The notes beneath the pieces are model-generated. The model ran no database searches. It saw only the letters and a program-made list of their open reading frames with translations, and had not been told where the DNA came from. Of a DNA stretch of 64,000 bases, positions 27,800 to 42,174 are shown piece after piece. The translations under genes and the position numbers were made by a program. Position 1 is the stretch's first letter; every line of letters starts with the position of its first letter. Source of the stretch: Octopus sinensis (Eukaryota); the NCBI RefSeq assembly GCF_006345805.1, contig NC_043010.1, positions 40,176,001 to 40,240,000 on the forward strand, given 5' to 3'.

Positions 27800-28760
27800 T
27801 GTGCGCATGCATCGTGGTGTTATGAAGTGTCTGCAGAAAAAATAAAGGCTTTTGCTCCCAAGGACATTCATACTGACATAATTACTGCATTAGTGGATCA
27901 CACTCCAGCTTTATCAACAATGTAAAAGTGGGCAACAGAATTTATCCGGGGAGTCTTGACAATCACCCAAGGTCTGGACGTCTTGCAACTACCACCACTG
28001 AGGAAGACATTGATCGTGTTCATGACAAACTGATGGATGACAGGCGATTGCCTATAAATCAAATAGGCAATTCTGTTATATCTCGTGAGAAAGCTGAGTA
28101 TATTCTTAATGAAATTCGGATGACGAAGGTTTCTGCTCATTGAGTGCCACATCTTCTGATACCCGATCAAAAGTGCACGAGCATGCTCAGGTCACGGGTA
28201 AATACGTCTTCTTTTGAAGCAGATCCAACCTGTTTCCTCGAACGTTGCGTAACCCAAGTTGTGAGTTTGCTTCATCACTTTGAGCCAGAGACAAACACAA
28301 TTCAGCTCAGGCCAAGAACGTTACATCTGCAGGGATGTTAGCCTCGGTATTTTAGTATGCAAAAGGCACTGTATCTATTGATTATCTAAAAACAAACCAC
28401 ACCATTAGTGGAGAGTACTTGCGCAGGCAGTTACGAAAGGCTGTTAAAACCAAACGCCCAGGAAAACTGACGAAATGCGCCTTGTTTTGTCAGTTCAATA
28501 CTCAAGCACACAGGACCTTGGTTTGATCATCCCCTTTATTTTCCTGTCTTGGATCCACCTGACAATCATCTGCCCCCCCCCTAACATGGAGAAACATTTG
28601 AATGGGAACCAGAATCACACTGACGATAACGTTAGATTTGCTGGTGATGATATTTCTTTATCAACAGGATGAATACTTCTTCACCAATGGGATGTGAGCA
28701 CTGCAACACTGTTGTAAAAACCGTGTGGATCACAATCCATGAAAGTATGTTGGTCACCCG
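27800..28760 (+). pseudogene. Mariner (DD34D) transposase, nearly full-length and decayed
   Basis: Frameshifted motifs HRGVMK.LQKK, PRSGR.ATTTTEEDIDRVHD.LMDDRR, MTKVSAH*VPHLL.PDQK (WVP), HHFEPET, IDYL...TI.GEY, KTKRPGKLTK, D.YFFTNG. Confidence 0.9.
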
Positions 28761-29739
28761 ATCCTTGTATACATGCATACATACAACACATACACACACA
28801 CACACACACACACAAGCACGCACACATACATATATACACATATATATGCTCGTGTATGCACAAACAGGCGCCTTTATACATACAGACTTACACACACGCC
28901 TTTACATACAAACACATACAAGTGTACATATAATTGTGTGTGTGTATGTATACGTATGTGTGAATGTGTGTAAGAGTCTGTATGTGTATGTGTGGAAAGG
29001 AAAAAGAGTGAGTTTGTGATTGAAACAGATATAGACAAAGATAAAGGAAAATACATTCTGAGACAAATAGATAGGTTTTGTCTGATGTTATTCTACGAGT
29101 CATATTATGAGAATTTTAAAATAATAATGAGGTTTTGATTATTATTTGTTTTTGTCTTTTTTGCAGAAATTTTGACGCATTATCTACAATTTCATTAAGT
29201 TACCTAAATTTTCAGGCAACAACAGATGTTTTTTGTAGATTAAATCCATTTTAATATATTCCACTATAAACACCCACACACTAAGCTTCGAAAGTATTAC
29301 CATGTAAATAATCTGAGGTCCAGTCTTTAAATCAATATTAAATTAGAAATCCCTTGAGCTGTGACTCTTAGTAAACAGCTGCAACTTTTAACTTTCAGCG
29401 ACGGATTCCTTCTAATTTATAAGAATAAGCGACGGATTCTTGAACGCCTTTTATGTGGCAAAGCTGTTATATATCTGTTTCCGAAAATTAGCTTTGCTTA
29501 TATGAAATAATTGATTAATTAATCAGGTACTTAATTAAATACTTGATTAAACGGATTGTAAAAATAAGGTTTATGGTTAACTAATATCATTTACTAAATA
29601 CTTTAATTTTATATATTTTTACGCCTGTCACTATTTTCCAAATTGTGTTCACAAGCACAAGCACACATACATATACACACGCAGACAAACACATGCATAC
29701 ACACAGAGAAATACATATGGATGTGCATATATGTGTGTG

Positions 29740-29805
<66 letters not shown>

Positions 29806-29890
29806 ATAAATATTAGGGAATAAATCCAAATTTACAGGGAAAAAATCAGATTTAGGATTAAATCGATTTTATAGTAAAATATTATAAAAT

Positions 29891-30250
29891 ATTATTAGAG
29901 ACAAAACCACTATTTTGCAAAACAAACAAGGAAAGACTTAAATACTTAATGCCTGGAATACTTATTGTGTTGATCTTACCTTCACGACAAAGTGTGTGTC
30001 TGTGTATGTAGACTATTTATGATTGACGGTGCTACAAGAAGCACAAGTCTATGTACTGACAGGGGAGATAACCGCACCACGACGAGCGAGATCCTCATTC
30101 TAGAATTCTACCTTCACTTGAAACTTAATCTCTCCAGTTATGACTACTCCGTCGCTGCATGGTTTGGTCAATTGACTATTTATTAAAATTTTATGTATTG
30201 ATTAAGTCTTTCCTTGTGTGTTTTGCAAAATAGTGGTTTTGTCTCTAATA

Positions 30251-30252
<2 letters not shown>
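29891..30252. repeat. 51-bp inverted repeats (29891-29941 / 30202-30252) bracketing a 222-bp duplicated segment
   Basis: The arms differ at one base. The interior 29950-30171 matches 31079-31300 at 221/222 positions. Confidence 0.9.
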
Positions 30253-30307
<55 letters not shown>

Positions 30308-30507
30308 TTTTGTGTGCGCGTATTGGCTATCTTCTTGGGGCCACAAGTTTAGCTGATTCGTCTAAATGTTCACTTTCTAATACGAACTACGCAAAGTTTA
30401 TGCATTGTAGTTTTGCCTGGGTAAGTTTTTCATAACAAGCTTTTGTATCTCCGAGCAATTTTTTGAGGGTCTGAGCAGATAGCCAATGGAATTTACACAT
30501 TCGCACA

Positions 30508-30930
30508 TAGGCGCAGGAGTGGTTTTGTGGTAAGTAGCTTGGTTGCAAACCACATGGTTCCGTGTTCAGTCCCACAGCGTGGCACCTTGGGCAAGTGTCT
30601 TCTTCTATAGCCTCGGGCCGACCAAAGCCTTGTGAGTGGATTTGGTAAACGGAAGCCGAAAGAAGCCCGTCGTATATATATCTATATGTGTATATGTGTG
30701 CATGTTTGTATGTGTGCGTGTGTGTGTGTGTGTGTGTGTTTGTGTGTCTGTGTTTGTCACCCCACCATCGCTCGTGTGTTTGCGTCCCCATAACTTAGTG
30801 GTTCGGCAAAAGATACCGATAAAATAAGTACTAGGCTTACAAAAGAATAATTCCTGGATCGATTTGCTCAACTAAAGGCGGTGCTCCAGCATTGCCGCAG
30901 TCAAATGCCTGAAACAAATAAAAGAATAAA
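30508..30930 (+). mobile_element. SINE family A, full length
   Basis: Same head, core, microsatellite and tail as the 24723 copy. Confidence 0.9.
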
Positions 30931-31078
30931 GGAATAACAGAACTTTTAAATTGAATAGGCCATATGTTCAATGCCTGAGGTTGCTCGCAGCCAGAAGGTG
31001 TTTTATTAAAACTTGCGTGCCTGACATCTCCAATGCAAAACTCCATGTATATATAAATTTCAAGTTGTTGTCTTTCAC

Positions 31079-31300
31079 TGCCTGGAATACTTATTGTGTT
31101 GATCTTACCTTAACGACAAAGTGTGTGTCTGTGTATGTAGACTATTTATGATTGACGGTGCTACAAGAAGCACAAGTCTATGTACTGACAGGGGAGATAA
31201 CCGCACCACGACGAGCGAGATCCTCATTCTAGAATTCTACCTTCACTTGAAACTTAATCTCTCCAGTTATGACTACTCCGTCGCTGCATGGTTTGGTCAA
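31079..31300 (+). repeat. Second copy of the 222-bp direct duplication
   Basis: Identical to 29950-30171 except CTTAACG versus CTTCACG. Confidence 0.95.
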
Positions 31301-31650
31301 ATCCAACTCTCAGTACATAGTATAATGAATCAATGGCCGATTCAGAAAAAATGATAATGTGAAAATTACAAAATAACGAAGGCTGCTATAAGCATAATAA
31401 AACCCAAAAGGAGGAATCCAATTGTCACCAATTGTGACTGACTGTGCAAGGAGTATATATATATATACTTTATAATTAGGGTTCAGCAAAGATTTTCTTT
31501 ACCACATACCGAAATTTAGAAATAGCAGCCAAAAAGCCTTAGCTATTTCTTCTACTTTAAAAAGGGACACGCAGAAAAAAACAAAAATATTTGAAAACAA
31601 TCGTCGCAGGCAGAGAGGAAAAATAAGGAAAATCAATCTATATCTGATCA

Positions 31651-31732
31651 CCCATGTACGCGTTTCGGAATTAGATCGGTATAAAGAATATAGAATTATA
31701 CTTTACCCAACCATTTTCTTCATCAGCATGGG
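31651..31732 (-). ncRNA. Minimal type-I hammerhead ribozyme, near intact
   Basis: CCCATG-CUGAUGA-[long helix II]-CGAAAC-GC-GUA-CAUGGG: perfect 6-bp helix I, canonical core, palindromic helix III ACGCGU, GUA cleavage triplet. One A-C mismatch at the base of helix II. Confidence 0.8.
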
Positions 31733-31950
31733 ACTTCAACAACATTAGATATTAAAAATATTAAATTCTAAGGCACTGAAAGAATTGAACATATCTCTCC
31801 ACCTAACGGTATCAGACAGATCATATTCAGTTTTAGTACCGCCGAATTCAAAATACGAATGAGGTTCATCACCTACCCTGCCCATCCGCGTGTATCATCA
31901 AGTAAAATACTACAGAAAACATCTGTAGTTTGTTATCAGGGAGATAATTC

Positions 31951-32047
<97 letters not shown>

Positions 32048-32880
32048 TATATATACGCACATATATGTATATGCTTGCATGTATGCATATAAATTCAAAT
32101 ATAAACTTACACATATACACAAATACATATATGTGAGGTCTATATAGACCTCCATATATAGATTTACCGCTGGCGCAACGCCTAATGAACAGTTTGTTAC
32201 CTTTATACACAATTCTGTCTGCGATTATTTGTCTTATAAAACAACACACCTAATTAATTTTTTTTTCATCTCACCTCCGAGAAGACGTGACAGGTTTGAA
32301 GTGTGATGTAATTCCGGATTTGCCGACTTCCTGATTACGTGCTCGACGTATCTTCAGTTCTAAATGAAAATAATTTCCACAGCGTGACTAAGTATGTTTA
32401 CGCGCACGTAAAGTCATTATGTCAATTGATGACTGTTGAAATGACATTTGTATGTTGTTATAATATTATTTGTGGTTTAAATGTACATCAGTCTAGATCG
32501 GGCCGTAATGTCGTTAAAAAATATACCAGGCTGACAAGCTAATTGCGTCGTGTTTTTTAGAAGTAGTGAAACTGTATAGAAGTTATGTTATGTGGCCTCC
32601 CTATGAGGTCTAAGAGGTTTCAGCACCGTTTCAGAATACCTCAAGGCCCTCTGTGCGCAGCTTTGAAGGCCAAACAGTGTGAAATTAAAATTTTACAAAA
32701 TCGAGGTTGTTAAATAAAGTACCGTTCAACTGTTAGCAGTCTTTGGAGAACATTGCCTGAATTAAGACCTAGAAAGTTATTAACTCTGATAGTTTCCAAT
32801 ACCCCAAAACACGTGATATGTCACCCAATGGAGAACATACATACATGTGTATGAATGTATATGTTTATATGCCTTTATAT

Positions 32881-32936
<56 letters not shown>

Positions 32937-33004
32937 ATATATGTATACGTATATATATATATATGTGTATGTATGTATGTATAGTTGGAATTTTTTAAAA
33001 TAAC

Positions 33005-33180
33005 AAAACAAAAGATGAAGACAGGTGTATAAAAAACACTCAGGTGTATTAATATAACGCTCGGGATGGTGATAAAGGCCTTTACGTTTCGAGCCTACAC
33101 TTTTCAACAGAAAGGAACACGAAAAAATATACAGAGAGAGAATAAAAAGACCTTTGCGAGAAGCGGTCGATCATGACGAT
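33005..33180 (-). mobile_element. Diverged minus-strand copy of the 180-bp hammerhead-like repeat
   Basis: The reverse complement contains CCTTTCTGTTGAAAAGTGTAGGCTCGAAACGTAAAGG. Confidence 0.7.
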
Positions 33181-33235
33181 ATATATATGTGTGCGTGTGT
33201 GCGTGTGCCTGTGTGTGTGTGTATGTGTGTGTGTA

Positions 33236-33280
<45 letters not shown>

Positions 33281-33659
33281 ACACACATATATATATGTAT
33301 GTATGTATATCGGGAGAAAAGAGATTTACACATCCAGGTTTTATTATACGGTTTTATTATAGTTTTATTATAATCACATCTTTCTTTGTCAATACCCACT
33401 CAAAGAAAGATGTGATTAACTGTATAACAAAACCTTGGTGTGAAAGTCTCTGTCCTCCTGATATTTATTATTTGTTCTTTTATCCTCTACGGACCCTATG
33501 CAGTCTCTGTAAGGACATTTCTATTTACCAAAGTGAAGATTAAGCGAGTATAGTAAATTTAACTAACTGGAGTGCATCTATATTCACTGAGATTAAACAG
33601 TATTGTTAACCGATAAGAGCGAGCACCGCTCCCTCGAGGATTATACTTCCTTCTTAACC

Positions 33660-34022
33660 ATTCGCCATGATAGATCGCTAGCCACTACACATTCTTTATT
33701 TTCTCTCCTTGTTTCTTTCTGTGTTCCTTTCTGTGGAAGAGCGTTGGCTCGAAACGTTAAAGACTTTTTCACACCCGAGGGTTATACTAATACATATGTG
33801 TGCTGTCTACACCAACTGTCTTCGTCTTTTGTTTCATTTTGCGAATATATTTCTCTTCTTCTTTTTGCGAATATGTATCTCTCCTTGTTTTTTCTGTGTC
33901 CTTTTCTGTAGAGGAGCGTAGGCTCGAAACGTAAAAGACTTTTTCTATTCCTGAGCGTTATACTAATACATCTGTTTGTTTTGTACACCACCTGTCTTCG
34001 TCTTGGTTTTTTCCATAAACTC

Positions 34023-34107
<85 letters not shown>

Positions 34108-34310
34108 ATATATATATAGACGCCATGATAGATCGGTAGCCACTACACACATTTTTTCTCTCCTTGTATTTTTCTTCTGTGTCCCTTTCTGTAAAAGAGC
34201 GTAGGCTCGAAATGTAAAAGACGTTTTCAATTTCTGAGCGTTATACTAATACATCTGTTTGTTTCCTACACCACCTGTCTTCGTCTTTTGTGTTTATCGT
34301 GAATTCTCAC
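33660..34310 (+). mobile_element. Three tandem copies of the 180-bp hammerhead-like repeat
   Basis: Motifs at 33727-33762, 33902-33937 and 34185-34220, each followed by GAG(C/G)GTTATACTAATACA...CTGTCTTCGTCTT. Confidence 0.8.
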
Positions 34311-34324
34311 CATATATACATATA

Positions 34325-34390
<66 letters not shown>

Positions 34391-34394
<4 letters not shown>

Positions 34395-34603
34395 ATGCAC
34401 GAATACAAGTGTACTAAAATACGTTTTTTTATATATATATGTATGCTTAAAAAGTAATTTGCGCAAGAATATAAAAAGCAAGAAAAGAAACAAGTACAGA
34501 AATAAAATATGCAAGAAAGAAAAAAATATGTTACATTGGAAATCGCTTTCAGAGATTTTCGAGAAGTGTTTCAACTCAGATTTTTTAACTGGCATCACTT
34601 TAA

Positions 34604-34666
<63 letters not shown>

Positions 34667-35091
34667 CTTATGTATGTATATTAGAGGTTCACTAATAAGT
34701 GTCGAATGGAATATAGTTTCCTAACATGTTCTTTACATTCCGACATGGAAAGACATACGCTGCACAAATTTTCTCGTATGAAAACTTTCATGATCAGACA
34801 TTATGGGTTTAGAAGATAATCCCTGTGCGATATTTACGACTCTCTAAGAAACAATTTTGCCATTTCAAAATCTTTAAAGTGATGCCAGTTAAAAAATTTG
34901 AGTTGAAACACTTCTCGAAAATCTCTGAAAGCGATTTCCAATGTAACATATTTTTTTCTTTTTTGCATATTTTATTTCTGTACATGTTTCTCTTCTTGCT
35001 TTTTATATTCTTGCGCAAATTACTTTTTATGCATACATATATATATATATATAAAAAACGTATTTTAGTACACTTGTATTCATGCATCCAT
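34391..35091. repeat. About 217-bp inverted duplication (34391-34607 versus 34870-35091)
   Basis: ATGGATGCACGAATACAAGTG...CATCACTTTAAAGAT is the reverse complement of ATCTTTAAAGTGATG...CACTTGTATTCATGCATCCAT, with a few substitutions. Confidence 0.9.
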
Positions 35092-35700
35092 CTAATGCCA
35101 CTGGGCAACCATTACGCTTTCGGCAGAAAAAATACAAAAGAAAAAAAGCAACTAAAACCGTTTCATTCCTAAATCCAAAATCGAAACTTCGTACTTTAAA
35201 ATAAACATCCAAAAAAATTATAATTTCATTATTTAAAGAAGGAAAATGTGATATTACATAGAAATATTTTCTCCTACGGGTAGACATTAACTGAAATTGA
35301 ATATTTTTTAGAATATTTTATCTTTCCAACTAAATATGCATTTAAAATTTATTGGTATTTTAAATGAATACAAAACTTATGAATTCCATAGTCCTGTAAA
35401 TATATGTAAATAATGAAAAGCGTATGTGTGTGTATGTATGTGTGCGCGCGTGCGTGCGTGGGTGTATGTGCCTATATATACTTATATATACGTGAACACA
35501 ATCAAGTGTCTTGAAAAATATATGTGGGTGTGACAGAGATATGTTTATATACATATATTAGTACACAGGTGTGTGAGTATGTATATGTATATCAATTTTT
35601 TATCCTTTTTTCACACATGCACACAAATACGTACGTGCGCATAGCTTGCTTACGTAGGTTTAAATGTATTTTTGTACGTAGATACATACATACATACATA

Positions 35701-35770
<70 letters not shown>

Positions 35771-35969
35771 AGTACATACACAGACACACACACACATATA
35801 CACCGAAACAGATACGTAATATATTTTAAATGCGCGCATGTGCATTGTTTTTGATTTTTCGATTACACAGCATGGTAGGGTTAGTTGGGCACCATCTTTG
35901 AGAAAACAGCATCATTGCGCAATTCATACCGTCTGGAATTTGGAAACGACACACTGTACTGCTTGGCTT

Positions 35970-36585
35970 CGTGCTAGAAGCTCCAATCAAATATCCAATC
36001 AACATCATGGTGTTTGAAGTGATCACTAGTGATGGCGATAGTTGTGTCTCCATTATCCTCCTATATGACCTCAAAATGAACGCGAAGGCCTACATCAAGT
36101 GCATGGATGAGGTGGTGCAGCCATGGATCAAGAGGTTGGCTGCTGGAAGACCTTATGTCTTGCAACAGAACTCTGTACCACGCTACACAAGCAGGAGAAC
36201 TCAATCATGTTTGTCAGACAATTTCTGCGACCACATCAACCATAACTCCCCAGACCTCACCCCCTTGATTATTATGTGTAGGGCACAGTTGAATGAGAGG
36301 CCAACAAAACTCCTTGTAACACCAATGATGAATTGAATGCAACAATCATAATAGCATTCACCAAGTTAAAAAAAAGGAGACCGTCCAGAAGAGTTGCAGG
36401 AGATTCCGAAGTTGTCTGGAGGCCGTGGTTGAAGCCAATGGTGATTCTATTGAATAAACTTACTCTTTAGTATTTCAAGATATTTTTATGGAAATTTTCG
36501 TAAATATATCTGTTAAAATGAAATGTCAGAGTTATTCTCCTTTTTGCGCAATTTAGACGACAGTTTATTCAAAGCCCATTGTACA
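35970..36585 (+). pseudogene. maT/DD37D-type (Tc1/mariner superfamily) transposase C-terminal remnant
   Basis: KYPINIMVF.VITSDGD...AYIKCMDEVVQPWIKRLAAGRPYVLQQNS.P..TSRRTQ...NSPDL.PL...RFRS.LEAVVEANGD.IE*. Confidence 0.85.
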
Positions 36586-38609
36586 TGTAGTATTTATATG
36601 GATTTTTATAGAGATTTGTACAAGATGAATAGCCCGTCGATGCCAGGCAATTTTCACAATAGAATGTCGAATATAAATTGTTGTTTATTCCATGTCAGAT
36701 CATGCCATCCCCAACTAATAGACCTCTTGATCAGGATTGACTTATGCAAAATTTTGCAAAGAAACTTCGTTGAGGAATTTTTTTCTCTTTTAAATTATTC
36801 ACATGTCTGTTGTACCGTTTCATATGACTTTATTCATTAAAATTTCAGAAGCTCTTGCAGCTTTGTTTATCGAAATGCTTTTCGTTTATTTGTTTAATGA
36901 AAATTCCTCCCCCTAGTATGTATAGTTATATATATACATATATAGCTATACACATACACATATGTAGTCCGTAAGTTATGCCTCAAAGACGCATTACATA
37001 TATTAAAACATAACTCTTTATTATTACTAAATAAGTATAAGGAAGTCTTAGGTACATGCAACCACTACTTTTTTTATTCCTTCAAATTTTGCCATAGATC
37101 CAAATGCAACCTAAATCACCACACATTACATATACCGAATACTCCTAGGTAACCTTGAACAACCTTATTTGATTTTTTTAAATCTTAATTTTTAATATGT
37201 GTGTGTGTGTGTGTGCATGTGTGTGTTGGATCAAGTTTGTTTCATTCACAATATGAGCCCCTTTTAATTTTGCTTCATTGCGCTTTCAATTTTGGTATAT
37301 CGATTCAAATTGGAATTTTGACTACGGTCGAATTACGTTATATCATAAGGTAATAAATCTGATTTTTTTAAAATTAAAGTTGGGAAATTTATGTAATTTT
37401 AGCCAATTAACAGACAGCTAGGCATTAACAGCTTGTTACCCTGACAACCGCACGTTGTGTTGTGTTTCACTTCACCTGCATGTTTTGTTTTACTAAAAAT
37501 TTACATTTATCAATTTACAATTTTATTTAGATATTTTTTGTCGAGTGTCTTAATATTTCACATGTTTTTTTATATATAACAAAAGTTGTTTGCGATGTTT
37601 ATACAGTTTCTTCGCATTATGAAGGTGAATGGAATATGTGAACCTACACTTCAAGCACAGTAGTGACAAAGCATCGGTGTCTCGTCGACTCAGTATTACC
37701 AAGCTTCAGAGATCATTGACTCAGATAGCTGGATTTATGATTTCAATAGGTTAATTCTATTCATGAACATATAAATTAGGAGTATTTCTTAAATCGTTAA
37801 CTTGACGTTTCAACAACTTAACTGAAATTTAGCCCACGCAACAAGAACTAAGAATGATCAATGGAACAGAGAAACTGTGGCTGATACAGATAATTTGACA
37901 TTATTTTGAATTCTGCATGCAAATTCATGTAAAATGTAGGTATTCTTTTTCTTGGCACAAAATCTTTGTTGAACAGTGTTCTTCTTAACTTAGTTTACAA
38001 ATACAAGCATGAAAACGTTACTTAACTTTGAAGTTTTGGAGACAGATATCTCCTTTTCACACAAACATACACTAAAATATTAATGATGTACACAGATACA
38101 TGACAGGTATACATAATACTGAAATACGCATAAGGTAAACACATGTAGACAAATATATTGATATAACAAATTTTTAAAAAATAATAAAAGCATACAATCA
38201 ATGAAGAGACAAAAGAAACAGTAAGATGACACATGTTGATTTTATTAGGTATTTCTGTTTATTTAGACACCTACAGTTAAATGAGGTGTTTCTGTTTATT
38301 TAGAAACTTACAATGAACAGGTCAGACGCTAAACTATAAATTTCACAGGGTACAACATTAAAGTTGACATCGCTCCGCTAAACGCAGAAATTTTTTGTCT
38401 CGCTATTGGCTAAAAATACAGTTTTACCGACTTTTAAACTTTTGTAACATTTTCCTTCAATTTTTTTCTTCTCCACAACATCATACCTTCATAGCAATGA
38501 GACTGGAAAACTACATTATTATATCCGATTTTCAGATTTTTTACTTAGTTTTAAAAAATGCATAGTTTGGAAATGAAAAAAAAACTAGATCCTATGTCTG
38601 TGGTCATAG

Positions 38610-38647
<38 letters not shown>

Positions 38648-40167
38648 GTAAATGGCTGATCGTTAGTATACATATATACATATATATATATATGTGTGTC
38701 TGTGTATATGTATATATATGTGTGTGTGAGAGTATGCGGACCTCTATCCATGTGTATATATATACATATATATGCTTGTATGTGCGCGCGTGCGCATATG
38801 TGTATATCTATATACATATGTTTTTTCTCTCACTGACTTATCAGTCCTCACTATAACTTTCCTCCTTCACTTTAGCTAGTACACACTCTGACTTCTTACA
38901 AATGCCTACGTCTATTATTAGAAACTTGGCCATTATATCTCCACATTCACTCCTTAATTCCTAGCCCCCTTCCATATCATTACACCCCTTCCCTCCCTTC
39001 TCGAGGTTTACCACTCACATTTATTACTCCCCTCCCCTCCTCTCTGTACCACATTCTTTATCGTTCCCCACCTTAGTGCCTTTTCAAACCTATCCCCCAT
39101 CTCCATCTCCTCACACATTCTCCTTTCTTACCATATCACTTCTTCCTATTCCTCCTCCCCAACTCCTTTTATCCACTAATAGCTCTCCTCTCCCCGCCCT
39201 CTTATACTATCTTGACCAGCATCTACCACAACTTTTTTCCTTTTCTTTTTCTTTTTCTTTTCCCTTACTTTTTCCCTCCTCCTCTACTCTAGCCATTAAG
39301 AATACCACCCTCCTAATTCCTTTGACCAATACCAATCACTTCCATACATACGTCTTTCTTCCTTCTAACATTCTTATCTTTTCATTCCTCTCTTTATCTA
39401 CCCCCCCCCCACCTTACCAGTATAATTTTCAAAATTCATTTATAATACAAGATCCTTTTGAACGAACAACACATGGAATTAATATCTGCACACTATCCAT
39501 TTGAAATAACAACATATGAATTCTTATCGGACTTTACACATCATGCACAAGAATTCCCTTTACCCATTCTACACAGCACATTCCTTGGAGAAAGGAACAG
39601 CAACTTTAACATCCAACATGTATTCTCGTATTTTCATATATGCCTTTTATACTTTCTGCATTGTAACCAATTTCTTGTATATCACTCCCTCTCCAGAATA
39701 ACTTCTAAAAAATGAACACGGTGCTTCTGAAGAAGAGTGGACCTGACGAGTCACACCCGTGCTAGTCAGTGGACGCTACACCCTCGTTAGTCAGTAAACA
39801 GACGCAGGCACAGGCGTAAAGTCAGTGGCACCCGCGATAAAAAAAAAGCCTCCACATGTATAAATATGTGTAAACTGTAAATCGGGAGCGATTGGGGGAT
39901 AGGAATTTTTCTACTATCATCATATTCTTGAATCTACGTTTTGCATTTTTCCAGCAACATTCTACTGAGTTACTTTGGGGGGAAAATATGGGAAACATGG
40001 GGAATTAATGTTTTCAAAATATTGTAAAGCATCTTTCAGAATGGTTCTCTTTTGAATTTAATTTTATTTCATTATTTTCACTTTTTTATGTCTACTTTTG
40101 AGTAACATCTTATTTCAAATTCAAAATTTGTTTTATTTTCATTCATTCAGTCGGTTGTTTGTTTTAT

Positions 40168-40760
<593 letters not shown>

Positions 40761-40785
40761 TAGATAGATAGATAGATAGATAGAT

Positions 40786-40836
<51 letters not shown>

Positions 40837-40947
40837 GATAGATAGATCGATAGACAGAGAGATAGATAGACAGACCGATAGATAGATAGATTGATTGATA
40901 GACAAACAGACAGATAGACAGACAGACAGATAGATAGATAGATAGAT

Positions 40948-41006
<59 letters not shown>

Positions 41007-42174
41007 GTCCATCTACTGACTGACGCGGGTGCGCGCATCCACTGGCTACAGGAATCTATAGGACTCACCCCAACTCACATTATACCTTGATGTAGTAGTT
41101 CGTCTACATTACCCCTTTGATTAGCATAGGACCGGTTTAGTGGTGTATATATTCCTCTCTGAACGGGACCCCAGGATTATTCATTTTTACCGACCGTATG
41201 GACTGGAGTGACGTGAAATGATGTGTTTTTCTCAAGAAGGCAACTCATCAACCGGTCCAGGAATCGAAACTAGAATCTTAAAATCAAACGTTCATCACCG
41301 TAACCACTAAGTGATGCGCCTCCATACCCCACTTCATTAGTCCTACATAAATTATACATAAAAAACAGAGTAGTCGATCAGAGCCGGAATGTTTTCAATC
41401 ATAGGTCAGCTCGACCTACGCTAAGCTTGAAACTACGCATCAACAACCAAAATAGCAATAGTTTTGTACTTCATTATTCATGCTGAAAACGTAGCATCTG
41501 AGAATGTCTGCATTTTTTATGCAAATGCGAGAAAACTTTTTATTTAAATTTTTTTCTTGTTTACTTTTCCATTTTTCAAAAACGTTAATTGCTTCGTTGG
41601 AAATGTACTTTGTGCATTATATTGGAAAAGTGACATCGGTAAGCAAATATCTGGTCAATAATAATCACCATCTCTAACATTAAAGGTTCACTAAATCAGA
41701 CAGTTTAAAGTTAACATTGACAGTAAAGGATTTCTGTTGGAATTTGGTCAATAAATGCTTAGTTTCAATCAACAAAAGGAAATGAATGCTTCATATAAAT
41801 TGATAAAGAAAAGTAAAGAAAATTATATATTTATTTATATCGTAACTATATTATATTTCTTTTTCGTGGCTATAGAAAACAGAGGTGAACATTAAATCCT
41901 GAAAAGAAGGCTGTAGAGAATGAAGAAGCTACATGTTACAACGGTATGAGAAGAATTCTGATAATATTAAAAATCAATAAAGGAAGGTAGAGTTAGTAGA
42001 ATCTGAAGCGTGTCTGACAAAATGCCTTGAGGTGTTTGTTCTGACTCTTTTCGTTATAATTGCAGATTCCGGTAAGGTCGTTTCTGTCTTTCATCCTTTT
42101 AGAATCGATTGTTACAAGTGGTTAGGTTTTGTTATATTTTTTTTTCAATGGGGTGAGTTTCCTTATTTAAAAAT

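Noticed and set aside
42070-42110. Apparent ribozyme-like GATGAAAGACAGAAAC downstream of the PLE remnant
   Set aside because: It is a plus-strand fragment of SINE family B (GGTCG...TTTCATCCTTT...TCGAT).
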